The notes: generated from the letters alone by a model not told the origin. A stretch of DNA of 64,000 nucleotides from Octopus sinensis (GCF_006345805.1 NC_043004.1:17360001-17424000), one strand, 5' to 3'; numbered from the stretch's first letter, positions 17,515 through 30,923 are shown. Made by a program: numbers and translations.

Positions 17515-17724
17515 TGTGACCGCGTGTGTATCGTTGGCGATTTTTTTTCCCCCATCTTCCCTTCTTTGGAACTTTCCTTTTTATACGTTTTGACGAAGAG
17601 CTCCGCTCGAAACATTAAATCCTCATTCTTTCTTTCCTTTCCTGAGCGTCCAATAACACTATACCTGTTCCACGTTCTCACGTTGTTGTGTTTTCTCTTT
17701 GTGTTTTCATGTTTTGATTAACTT

Positions 17725-17725
<1 letters not shown>
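17515..17725 (+). mobile_element. Second copy of repeat family P2
   Basis: TGACGAAGAGCTCCGCTCGAAAC at 17591-17613; roughly 75-80% similar to the reverse complement of 16041-16245 by eye. Confidence 0.6.
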
Positions 17726-17823
<98 letters not shown>

Positions 17824-17829
17824 AACACA

Positions 17830-19063
17830 TAAGATGGTTAAAAAAAAAATGATATCATTTCGCAATCTAATAACTTTGTAAGTTCTTGTTCAAATGACTT
17901 CAAATTTTAACAGGTGAACATTTTATGTTTATCTTTCCAGGTATAGAAATGGCATTCACCGAAAGAGAAAAGGCGTTTTGTGTGTTGGAGTATGCTCGAA
18001 CACATTCGAACAAGACTGTGAAGTGTGCATCGGTGTGAGAGTTCTCTAAAAAGTCACCAGTGGCAATGCAGATTTGGACATGGCACAAAAATTTGAAAGA
18101 GGAAGACTGTCGGTGAAGGGCAAAAGGATCTGGATGACCACTAACATTGGAAAAGACTGTCGAACGGGTTCTCCAAAATCTCTTGCGAAGCCCGAAGAAG
18201 TCCATAAGAGCAAGTCTGGAAACCCAGATACCTCCAACGACAGTTTGGCGCGTCCTGCAGAAACGCTTGCTTATGAAACCCTACAAGCTGCGGCTCGCTC
18301 AGGCTATAACAGCAGATGACAAGCAAAAGCGCAAACAATTCTGTGTTGATATACAAGAGAAACTTGAAGAAGCCGAGTTCAAAGAACGTCTTTTTTTCAG
18401 TGATAGCAATAAGCATAATGTTTGCATTTGAGGCGAAGAAAATCACCATGCCACAGTTGAGCATGAGAGGGACTCACCAAAAGTGGATGTGTTCTGAGCA
18501 ATCTCCAAGAAGCATCTTCATGGCCAATTTTTCTTTGAGGGAAATGTGACAATGTTTATCTGTAAATGCTTCAGAACTGGCTAATGGATGAGCTCATTGC
18601 AAATGAACATGAAAACTTCATTTTTCAACAGGACGGGGCTCCACCTCACTGGAAGCTCACTGTGTGGGCTTATCTCAATGACAATCTGCGAGGGAGATGG
18701 ATCGAGCGTGCTGATGCTGAAGACAACGTGCTGTTGAAATGGCCGCCACGTTCACCTGACCTGAAACCATACGATTGTTTTCTCTGAGGCTATGTGAAGG
18801 GCATGGTCTATGTCTCCACTCTTCCTGCAAACCTAAAGGAACACGAACAGAGAATCACTACCGCATTGGAGACTGTTACCCAAGACATACTGCAGCGTGT
18901 TTGGGAGAAGTTGGACTACCGACTTGACGTGTGTCTCATACAGATTTGGAGAAATAAATCTTATGCTGCTCAACGTTAAGCCTGTTTAGTTTCATTTGCT
19001 TTGACTATTTAGTTTCGTATATTTATATCTCAAATAATATAAAAATCTTTGAAACACCCTGTA
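17830..19063 (+). mobile_element. Decayed Tc1/mariner transposon, DD41D (rosa/Visitor)-like
   Basis: Fragmented transposase MAFTEREKAFCVLEYAR.., RSPKKSIR..KPYKL, FFSD, FQQDGAPPHW, WPPRSPDLKPYD.FL*GYVK; right end reverse complement TACAGGGTGTTTCAAA followed by TA; left TIR degenerate. Confidence 0.85.
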
Positions 19064-19071
19064 TATATATA

Positions 19072-19153
<82 letters not shown>

Positions 19154-19199
19154 TATATATAGTACATAAATACATACATACATACATACATATAATAGT

Positions 19200-19445
19200 G
19201 GGAATTTACAAAAAAAACAACCAAAAGACGAAGACGGGTGTGTAAACAACAAACAAAGTATTAGTGAAAATGTCTTTTACGTTTCGAGCCTATGCTCTTC
19301 GACAGAAAGGAACACAGAAATAAAAAGAGAGAGAAAAGAAAATATAAGGTTTAATGGCTAGCGATCTATCATGGCGAATGCCGGACAGAGGGGTAAGAAA
19401 AAGGGAGAGTGAGAGAGGCAAGGTAACAAATGCAGATTGAGAGAA
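19200..19445 (-). mobile_element. Solo repeat (probable PLE pseudo-LTR, family P3) with hammerhead-like motif at 19274-19309
   Basis: Reverse complement CTTT CTGTCGA A GAGC ATAG GCTC GAAAC GTA AAAG; about 172 bp recur at 20977-21148. Confidence 0.6.
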
Positions 19446-20269
19446 ACGACAATAGGAAAAAGCAGAAAGTACAAAAAAAGTTTGAAAAGTTCAAAAGGAT
19501 CAAACGTCGTGGTGTATTGGAGCGATTTCTCATCATAGGAAGAGCCCAGTGCAATCCATGGGTAGGAGAGGTGCATATATATATATATATATAGTTATGG
19601 TATATCCTGTTAAGAACTTAGTAGAGTACAATATTGAACTCGCCCAACTTCAGATGTACTCTGTGCTATGCAGTTGTAATATTATACATACTTACAGGTT
19701 TGCGTTTGGGCACCTGTCCTGAGTGAATAGAAAGGGGTGCAGTTGGACTTTTAATTTTTAATCCCTACAATTATTTCCATGCAATGTAGTCCTCCAAGTG
19801 TGCAGGTACTTGACTATGCAACTGTTTCCCTGCATTATGAGATCTGGTTGTGTTTCCTCAGGCGATATGTAAATATTGTCTCTGTAAATCCTTGGCTTCA
19901 AGAACATCCACTCTGTCTGTCATGACCTGAATTTAGCAGTAGTCACTGAGCTTATCAGGGTGTGTTGTTGCTGAAGGGCCGTTGGCATACTGCTTTGAAT
20001 GTGTAGATGTAGTAGGATGGTGATTCTGGTAAAGTTAAGGTGGTTGCCGTTTTATAGGGATTGGCATTCAAGTTTTTGTTCAACACTCGGACACATACAC
20101 ATATAAACACGCGCGCACACACACATACATACACATATACATCCACATGTATGTATATGTATATATATACATCTACATATACATATACATACGAATATAC
20201 ACACAAGCTCACATATACGGATATGTACGGGCACTCACATATTTACATACATACATGCACTCACATACA

Positions 20270-20659
20270 TCTATATATATAAAGCTGAAGTTGTCTGTGT
20301 ATGGCAGGTTTGGTAGCCTTCAACTAACACTATCTCCTCCGAGGCCCTACGGCGCAAGTTGACCAAAATGGAGAGTATGATAGAAGAAGGCTTGCTCTTT
20401 ATTCCGTAGCAGATAAAATTCAAATCGGACCATGTTAACACCAAAAATTATTTACATCAAAAAGGTACTTTTTTTCTATGAAAATCCCTATTTTTTACGA
20501 TTTTTTGACTGCTGTCTCGACATTTTTCGGTGTATTTCAACCAGAAAAATGTTCACTTAAAGAGAATAACAAGCTACATAATGCAAAATTTTTAATTTTC
20601 AAAAATTCCAATTCTAAATGGTCGAAACAAACCCGAGCAATGCCGGGCGATACTGCTAG
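20270..20659 (+). mobile_element. Non-autonomous Helitron
   Basis: A|TC start (TCTATATATATAAAGCTGAAGTTGTCTGTGT); subterminal hairpin CCCGAGCAATGCCGGG (20632-20647) then CTAG end; same architecture at 44870-45360. Confidence 0.75.
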
Positions 20660-20743
20660 CACATATATAAACATACACTCGCACGCATATACATACAGAG
20701 ATGCTCGTGTGTGCATACGCACATTTACACACACACTCACGCC

Positions 20744-20781
<38 letters not shown>

Positions 20782-20787
20782 CAACAC

Positions 20788-20819
<32 letters not shown>

Positions 20820-20820
<1 letters not shown>

Positions 20821-21575
20821 TAAGGGTTGAGGACAATACTATGCAGTTTAATGCTGGAAAATTCCAAGCCCTGCGATACCAGCACCAAAAACTGAACGAA
20901 AAACTTACAGGGTACACAGGCCCCAGGTGGATTACAATCCCAGAACTTAAATCAGTGCGAGATCCGGGATATCGACATGTCTTTTACGTTTCGAGCCTAC
21001 GCTCTTCGACAGAAAGGAACACAGAAATAAAAAGAGAGAGAAAAGAAAATATAAGGTTTAGTGGCTAGCGATCTATCATGGCGAATGCCGGACAGAGGGG
21101 TAAGAAAAAGGGAGAGTGAGAGAGGCAAGGTAACAAATGCGGATTGAGACGACACCTCTTTCCAAGTTCACATTACCAAGATGGCAACAAAGTGCAGACG
21201 GCTGGATGGATCCTAAGAACCTTCAGAACCAGAGAGAAAGAAACCATGATGGTCCTATGGAGGAGATTCGTCCTCTGCTGCCTGGACTGCTGCTCCCAAC
21301 TATGGTCACCCCACAGTGTAAAATTAACAGCAGACCTTGAAGCAAACCAGCAAAGCTTCCTAAAGAAAATCGTCTCATTGCAACAGCTCAGCTACTGTCG
21401 AGAATTCCAGATGAGCATACCTCATGGCAGGAGGCCAAATAAGAGCAGTGACATCAAACTCGCTTATTCACCAAATTCCACATATCAGGGGAGGCTGTCA
21501 ATAATAACAGTGTAGCAAAAGGGCGTTGCCCCAGCATGGCCGCAGCTTTGAGCTGAAACCGATGAAAAGTAAAAA
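20820..21575 (+). mobile_element. CR1-group LINE 3' remnant (RT C-terminus, internal deletion, 3' UTR), interrupted by a P3 insertion
   Basis: DNTMQFNAGKFQALRY, SVRD.G, GWILRTFRTRE..CSQLWSP, terminal IPDE....RAVTSNSLIHQ..*; 3' end CCCCAGCATGGCCGCAG..CTGAAAC..AAAAGTAAAA. Confidence 0.75.
20977..21148 (-). mobile_element. Second copy of repeat family P3, inserted into the CR1 remnant
   Basis: About 3 differences from 19271-19442; splits the CR1 reading frame. Confidence 0.75.
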
Positions 21576-21769
21576 AAAATTGTAAAGAATATATACTTAT
21601 ATATATATATATATAGGTAAACGTTAAAAAAACACAAACTGGGACAAGAACGTGAAACATTTTGAAGACGACAAAAAAACACACAGCTCTCAGTCATCAG
21701 TCAAGAACCAGATCATCTTCGCAATTTCGGCTGATTAATCTTGACACACATATATATATATATAATCTT

Positions 21770-21825
<56 letters not shown>

Positions 21826-21978
21826 TTATTTATATACATACATGCATACGCAAACACACACACACACACATACACACGCACACATACACACATTTACTTA
21901 AGTAGGTACATACATTCATGCATTGTAAACACGCGGACAGACACGGATACATACACACACACACACACACACACATAC

Positions 21979-22058
<80 letters not shown>

Positions 22059-22214
22059 GAGAAATAAAACATATACGTTGTCCTCGTTGGCCCCTTCTCG
22101 TTTCCATGTACTCCTTTCGTCATTTGTACTTCTTCATTTATGTCGTTATCTCTGACAGCTGACAAGGCGATTATTTGCACGAAGCAATCGTACACGGAGG
22201 ATCAGTATATGGGT

Positions 22215-22555
22215 ACTCGTGGCATTCCGTCGGTTACGAATACGAGGGTTCCAGTTGATCCCATCATCGGAACAGCTTGCTCGTGAAATTAACGTGCAAG
22301 TGGCTGAGCACTCCACAGACACGTGTACAAGTTAACGTAGTTCTCGGAGAGATTCAGCGTGACACAGAGTGTGATAAAGCTGGCCCTTTAAAACACAGGT
22401 ACAACAGAAACAGGAAGAAAGAGTGAGAGAAAGATGTGGTGAAAGAGTACAGCAGGGTTCGCCACCCCCCCTGCCGAATCCTCATGAAGCTTTAGGTGTT
22501 TTCGCTCAGTAAACACTCACAACGCCCGGTCTGGGAATCGAAACCGCGATCCACT
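22215..22555 (-). mobile_element. tRNA-derived SINE, type C
   Basis: Matches 23332-23655 in reverse; B box seen as GGAATCGAAACC. Confidence 0.75.
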
Positions 22556-22789
22556 GCCCTTCAAATTCCTATCCGACACGTGTTTCTACTGGATAAGTGT
22601 CCTAGTGTTCTTTGATGTAGCATTTATATGCATTTAGTTGAACCAAATTTAAATCAGTCGCAGTCTGGGAATCTAACCACTGGACCATAGTACGGGTACT
22701 AACGTATGAGTGTATGCTTAATGTGTATACTTTTGCGTGCACATATCACCAGGTGTGTTTGCATGTGCATGCATACACACACACACACA

Positions 22790-22825
<36 letters not shown>

Positions 22826-23331
22826 CACATAAATACGTGTATACACGCATATACATCCAAACATGCATATATCTAAGTACACGCATGTATCTATATGCTT
22901 ATCTGTGCGTACTTGTGCATATATTTTCGAGTGCGAGTGGCAGCTTTCGTTTCTGCGTTTTCGCATTTTAACACATTAAACTAAATATCTACGCACAATC
23001 AATTATACACACTGTAGAAATATTATACTTTCACGCTTTCACCATTTCCTAAGCCTTTATCTCCTATCTGGACCCACTTACACGCACGTAAAATTAATTA
23101 CTCAACTTTAACCACTTACCGCCTTCTTGCAAATATATATCGATCAGTTAAATTATTCTGGTCAATTACTATTTTCCTTCTCACCTTAAAACTGATAATA
23201 GTAGTTAAATTTACCTAATTACTCTGACCTTTAACTCACTTTATGGTTTCGTACATATCGGAAGATGATCTAACTGTTAAACGTTTCTCTGTTCCATTGT
23301 GATCATTACCGTTTGATTATATTAATTCCGT

Positions 23332-23655
23332 GAAGACACGTAGCTTAGTGGTTCGGGTATTCGGCTCACAATCGTAAGGTCCCGAATTCAATTCCCGGCG
23401 ACGCGTTGTGCCCTCGAGCAAGACGCTTTAATTCACGTTGCACCAGTCCACTCAGCTGGCAAAAGTGAGTTGTACCTGTATTTCAAAGGATCAGTCATGT
23501 CACTTCCTGCGTCACGCTGAATCTCCCTGAGAACTACGTTAAGGGCACACGTGTCTGTGGAGTGCTCAGCCGCTTGCACGTTAATTTCACGATCAGGCTG
23601 TTCTGTTGATTGGATTAACTGGAACATTCCTCGTCGTAACCAACCGAGTACCAAA
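23332..23655 (+). mobile_element. tRNA-derived SINE, type C, full length
   Basis: TAGCTTAGTGG A box, GAATTCAATTCC B box, CORE-like GAGCAAGACGCTTTAATTCACGTTGC, body GCTGAATCTCCCTGAGAACTACG. Confidence 0.8.
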
Positions 23656-23657
23656 AG

Positions 23658-24143
<486 letters not shown>

Positions 24144-24183
24144 GCCCTGTCTGTCTATCTATCTATCTATCTATCTATCTATA

Positions 24184-24263
<80 letters not shown>

Positions 24264-24280
24264 CATCCATCCATCCATCC

Positions 24281-24351
<71 letters not shown>

Positions 24352-24759
24352 CCCCTCTTTCTCTTTCTGTCTCTCCGTTTCTCTCTCCCTCTTTCTCTCT
24401 CTCTCACAGTCAGTGGAATCCGGGCCAGTTTTGTAGACTATGGAGAGTTAGTATTGTGGTGATTGAAAAGCAGCTTTTTAAATTACCTTGACACTCCAAT
24501 TCTTGATCTGCAGCTTCACCAAAAGATTATAATTGCTTGTGCACATGCTTGCGCGCTCACACGGTCTCCTGAGTACTCGTAAGTACCATTATTACTGGCA
24601 GAGAACCAGGGAGTGTTTCTACTGGTAATAATTATGCAATTTAGATTACATAATCTTGTATAATGTTTGGTAAATTAATAATTGAAAAAGAACCCGGTGC
24701 TTTAATATACAAAAATCTGTTCCTTTAAGACAAACTGGAATAAATCTTATATATGTGTG

Positions 24760-24791
<32 letters not shown>

Positions 24792-24857
24792 TGTATGTAT
24801 GTATGTATGTATGAATATGTGTCTATGTTTATGTATGTATATGTGTGTGTGTATTTA

Positions 24858-24889
<32 letters not shown>

Positions 24890-24917
24890 AACATACATAC
24901 ATGCATTATATATATAC

Positions 24918-25140
24918 CTGGCAGAATCGTTAGCACGCCTGGCGAACTGTCTAGTGGTATTTCGTCTGCTGTTACGCTCTGAGTTCAAATTCCGCCGGGG
25001 TCGACTTTGCCTTTCATCCTTTCGGGGTCGATTAAATAAGTACCAGTTATGCACTGGAGTCCATGTAATCGACTTATTCCCTTTGTCTGTCCCTGTTTGT
25101 CCCCTCTATGTTTAGCCCCCTGTGGGCAATAAAGAAATAA
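24918..25140 (+). mobile_element. tRNA-derived SINE, type A monomer
   Basis: CTGGCAGAATCGTTAGC, GAGTTCAAATTCC, GTCGACTTTGCCTTTCATCC, tail GTGGGCAATAAAGAAATA. Confidence 0.85.
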
Positions 25141-25218
25141 TTATGTATATACCTATATATTTATATATACATAGGTACATACACACACATATGCATGCAT
25201 AATTACATGCATATGTAT

Positions 25219-25815
<597 letters not shown>

Positions 25816-25844
25816 TAGTATGTTATGTTTGATTTGTTCCAGTT

Positions 25845-26150
25845 ATTGGACTACAGCCGCGCTGAGGCAGAACCTTGAAAAGTTTAATCGAATAAATTAA
25901 TTCCAATATTTACTTTGTAAAACCTTGTACATATTCTATCGGACCCTTTTGCTGAACCGCTAATGAAATGTAAACAAGCGGAGCGAGATGAGTCGTAGAC
26001 AAGCACAAACTCACACACACACAACATATATACGACGAACTTCCAGAGTTTTTCCATCTAACGAGTTTATTCTCTAGGAATTAATCGGCCTGAAGCTATA
26101 GTAGAAGGTGTTGCACAATCGGACTGAACTACCGGAAACCACACGGTCGC
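25845..26150 (-). mobile_element. Decayed type B SINE, tail-to-tail with the previous copy
   Basis: Reverse-complement similarity to 25322-25815. Confidence 0.55.
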
Positions 26151-26864
26151 AAACGATCTTATGGATCACACGCGCGCGCGCGCGCGCGCGCGTGTGTGTG
26201 TGTTCGAGTGTGCACAGGTATGAAAATATAAAAATACACATATATGTCGATAATACCAAAAGTTTTTGTAAAAAAAAAAAACTGTTAAGTCGAGTTTCCT
26301 GTTACCGATCTTCATACTGGTTCGATGAATGTTGCTCACAGTTTGAAAATCGAAGGAAGCTGTTAGAACGATCGGATGACCGTTAGCAAAAATAATGGAA
26401 GCTTAATCAACGAAATAATAAAAACAAAAAAACAAAAAAAACTGTGAATTTATAAAAATTAGAAAATTATTAGAAGATGATGTCCTTTGACATAAAATGG
26501 TGATTATCATTAATGGATTGACCGCCCCGGAATAAATCAGCCCGAAGGCTTAAAAATATAAACAACTTCGCATTTTCAATAAAAAATGAAAATAATAAAA
26601 TCTGATATAAGAGCGCTGTTGTTTACAATTTAAACTATAAAGTGTAAGGTATACAGGTCAGGGAAAATGAGAGCAGGGAGAGAGACAGAGAGATAGGGAG
26701 AAAGAGAGTGAGTGAGTGAGAGAGAGAGAGAGAGAGAGAGTCGGAAAGAGAGTGAGGAAAGGTTGGTGATTTTAAAAAATATAGCATTGCTTCATACCTA
26801 ATACGAAAGGAAACAATCACTCAAGAACACAAAGAAGATATTGGCACAGGAGATAGATAGATAA

Positions 26865-26937
<73 letters not shown>

Positions 26938-27570
26938 CAAGGAGAGAGAGAGAGAGACAGTGAGAGAGCGAGAGAGATGGATAGCGGTAGGAGAAAGAAT
27001 AGGAGAGGCAAAGAGGAAAACATTTCATTCAATACACTTCTTCCTTACTTTTAAAATCGATCTTCAAAAGTGTTTATTTGCATTTTTTAAAGGAGTTTAT
27101 TCGAAAAAAAAAACATTGTCACATATTTACTATTTATATGCTACGTCAGACTAATTATTTGTGAAGAAAAACGGTTTTCAGAATATTTGTTTACAGTTTT
27201 AAAACTGAGTCTGTTTGAGAAACATATTTATTTTGATTGCTAGGCTATTCAGAATAACTGTTTTATAGAAAAATAAGACAAGCGGTCTTAAAAACATTTT
27301 ATGAGCTTATCTCGTAAGCATTATACCTTTTAGTTTTTGATTCTGCTATGTCAATAAAACAGAGGCAAATGAAATGTGGTATTCATATTTAATTACAATA
27401 GCGATAATTGTTATTATAGTCTTTCTGAAAGTTGTCTGTAATATAACCTCGATTTTCACTCTCACTTTCCATTCTCCCACCCTCTGTATGTATGTATGTA
27501 TGTATGTATGTATGTATGTATGTATGTATGTATGTATGTATGTATGTATATGACAATTATTATTATTATT

Positions 27571-30500
27571 CTGTTTGATTTTTGCTTTACATTTGTACCT
27601 GTTGGCTCCAAGTCTCACCCAGAGACCTCAAGAGACAAGTTGGAAGTTCATGTTGATGTTATGCATAGGGTGCCATATACTTGGTTTTCTACTTAGTGTT
27701 GTACTAGTGAATGTCTAAAAAAACCATACGAAAATTATGTTTGTTTTAAAACTTGAGATTACATAGAAAGTATTTTGCGTAGGATATGAGCAGTTCCCAT
27801 GAGCACTATCTTTTGAATTTCTGCCAATTTTGGGTTTCCTGGTATCTGATTTAGGTAGCAATCAGCCCCTTTTGCTATCATTCCCAGGGTACCTATGACA
27901 ACAGGTATTGTATTAGTCTTCAGGTTCCACATTTTGCTGATTTCTATTTCAAGATCTTTATATTTGCTCAGTTTTGGGTAAGTCTTGACACATACGTCTT
28001 TATCGATTGGGACAGTCATATCAATGAGGAGGCATGTTTTTTGTCTGAAGTCTTTCAATATGATGTCTGTCCTATTCGCATCTATCTTTCTGTCAGTTTG
28101 AATGGTGAAGTTCCACTCGAGGTGGTTTGCGTTCCCACCAGTTTTTATCATGGGGCAAGTCCAGGCTTTTGCAAATTACCCAGTGAATATATTGTGCAGT
28201 TTTATCATGCCTGTTGAGATACTCTGTAGGCGCAAGAAGACTGTACTTGGAGACAACATGATCAATGGTTTCATTTTATTGTTGACATACACGACATGTT
28301 GGGCTATTGCCGTTCTTTAATATGTTGGCCTGATAGTTTCTTGTTGGTAGGCATTGATCTTGAGCTGCTATGATAAACCCTTCTGTTTCAGATTTTAAGC
28401 CAGAGGCCATTAGCCATTGATGGGTCAGGGCTTTGTCTATATCTGCATTATTCACTCTCTTTGGGTATTTGCCATAGAGAGGTTTTTCTTGCCATTTATT
28501 ATTCAGAATATCTAAGGCCGCAGTTTTGGCACGGGTTTTCATGCGCCTAGCTTTTTCTGTGCTTGTTTCTTGTATGTCTAATTCCGAAATTTGTTGTATT
28601 CGGAATTCACTTAGATATTCCTTTGTCTGTTTTGTTACTGAGTATGATGCCTTCTTGTTTTCATGTTTTGAGACCAGTTTTAACATCCAGTTCTCAGAGT
28701 TTTTCAGGTAAGTGTCTAGGCCAATTGTAGGAATCTTCATTGTTATTGCCTGTTGTAAAAGTCCACGGCCTCCCTCTTTACTTGGCAGATAAAGTCATTC
28801 TATATCTGCCTTAGGGTGCTGCATTCTATGCATTGTCAACAGTTTTCGTATTTTTCTGTCTAGATTACATGTTTCAGTAATTGGCCAGTTAACGATATTG
28901 TAAATTGTAAGTCACGACTGGTATGGCTAAAGTATTGATCGCTTCGATCCTGTTTCTCGCATTCAGCTCTGTCTTGAGTATTGCTCTTACTCTGCGATAA
29001 CATTCTTTCCTGATCCTCTCCTTCATCACTGAATGACTTATTCTGTCCCCTTCAATTACCCCTAGGTACTTGTAGCTCTCCGCTGGGTCTAACTCTTTTA
29101 TGATATTGTGCTGATCAAGGTTAACGTTTGATGTTAATGTGGTTCTCTATGATCTCATACTAACTATTTTATACTTTTCCAGGCATTTCTTAATCCAGCT
29201 ATGTGGTAGGCTATCAAAAGCTTTTTTGTAGTCTATCCACGTTTACATTCTTTCTGTTCATTAGGGAATATGCTGCTGTCTAGCAAAAAAACTATAGGTA
29301 TATTCAGTCAGGACAGCTGTTAGCGTTTTATACATAGTTGTTAAGCAGGTTATGAGTCTATAGTTTTTTGGTTCATTTGTTTCTTCACTTTTTGGAAGCA
29401 GGAATATTAAACCATAAACTAGCCAAGGAGTCATCCTACTAGGGTGTTGTAAAACATCGTTGTAAAGTTCTGCTAGCAGTTCATGGCTCTCTGGGAAGGC
29501 ATCCAACCAGAAGTTAGGAATTTTATCCTTTCCTGGAGACTTCCATTTGTTTGACCTCCAGAGAGCAGATCTTATATCTCCTACCTTGACACCGCCCACT
29601 TTTGCTCCTCTAAGGAGTCAAGTCTGTAGATATTTTATCAATCCAAGGGGCCTTTTCGTTGTGTGTTTTTTCTTCTGCCCAAATTTTATTCCCAAATCCT
29701 TGCACTTCTTCTTTTGATGGTACAGACTTTACAGTAACTGGTGTTTTCCCTATCTTCCTGTAAAAAAATTTGGGGTTATTTTTGAACATGTTGTCCTTGA
29801 AGAATCCAACACGCTTTTCATACCTCGCTACGCGGGCAGCTTTAGCAGATACCTTTTGCTTGATGGTTTCTACGGTGGCATCAATATCAAGTATAGTTTT
29901 CATATTATATTTTTTCTTTAATTTTCGGGTCTTTGTAGGTTTGGTAGTCTTGTCAACCTTAAGGTTTTTCAAACATTCAATGTCAGACCTAAGTAGCTTA
30001 ATTTGTTGTTGGATACGCTCTTGCTGAGAAGGCGTTTTTTCACCACATAGTATCGTTGAGATTTTCGCGGATGCATAGTACAGATGGTTGAGATCTGTGA
30101 TATCAACATCATTAGCTGAAATTATATCCTTAAGTGCAAGGCGGATTTTACCAATTATTTTCAGGTTTTTGTTAGAATTGCGGATTTTAGGGAGAGTATC
30201 GCGTTCATCCATACCGGTTTCTTTAATTTTCAGCCATTCAATCATGATTTAATTTTTTAGATCATGTAGTTCTGTTGGGTCAATATTTGTGTGACTTTCT
30301 TCATCTATTTGATTTTAATCTGTCTTAGTGTTTATGATTGGTTCAGGGAGTATTTCACTTTGCCTATCAATTACACTAACTCTTTCAATCCTTACTGCGT
30401 TATTATCAGCCCTGGGCTGGTCTATAATTTCCTCTGTATTATCATTTTTTGAGCTGCAGCTTCGTTCTTTTTATCCGTTACTGCTTGTTTAATTTGGTCA

Positions 30501-30833
30501 ATCTCTACTTCAGTCAGTAATTTTTTCCATAATGTTTCTTCTGACGTTGGTAAGTTTGTTACTGTCTATGTAGGGTCTTACTTCAGGGTGTTTCTGTCTC
30601 CAGTTTAAGTCGTTCTATATCTGCCTTAGGGTGCTGCATTCTATGCATTGTCAACAGTTTTCGTATTTTTCTGTCGAGCTGACATATTTCAGTAATTGAC
30701 CAGTTAACGATATTGAAACTTCACGACTGGTATGGCTAATGCATTGATCGCTTCGATCCTGTTTCTTGCATTCAGCTCTGTCTTGAGTATTGCTTTCAAT
30801 CTTCGATAACATTCTCTCCTATCTCTGAATGCC

Positions 30834-30834
<1 letters not shown>
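27571..30834 (-). mobile_element. Dong/R4-type LINE, second family (D2), decayed with internal deletions
   Basis: Myb-region WRQKHPEVRPYIDSNKLTNVRRNI; WKSPGKDKIPNFWL; IDYKKAFDS; YKYLG; KWQEKPLYGKY; WLMASGLKSETEGFIIAAQDQ; REL RTDIILKD..LLIDMTVP..KYKDL; (TAA)n on both sides. Confidence 0.88.
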
Positions 30835-30899
<65 letters not shown>

Positions 30900-30923
30900 T
30901 TATTATTATTGTTATTGTTGTTG

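Noticed and set aside
19590-20060. Possible decayed coding remnant on the minus strand next to repeat P3
   Set aside because: No diagnostic RT or GIY-YIG motif could be read in any frame
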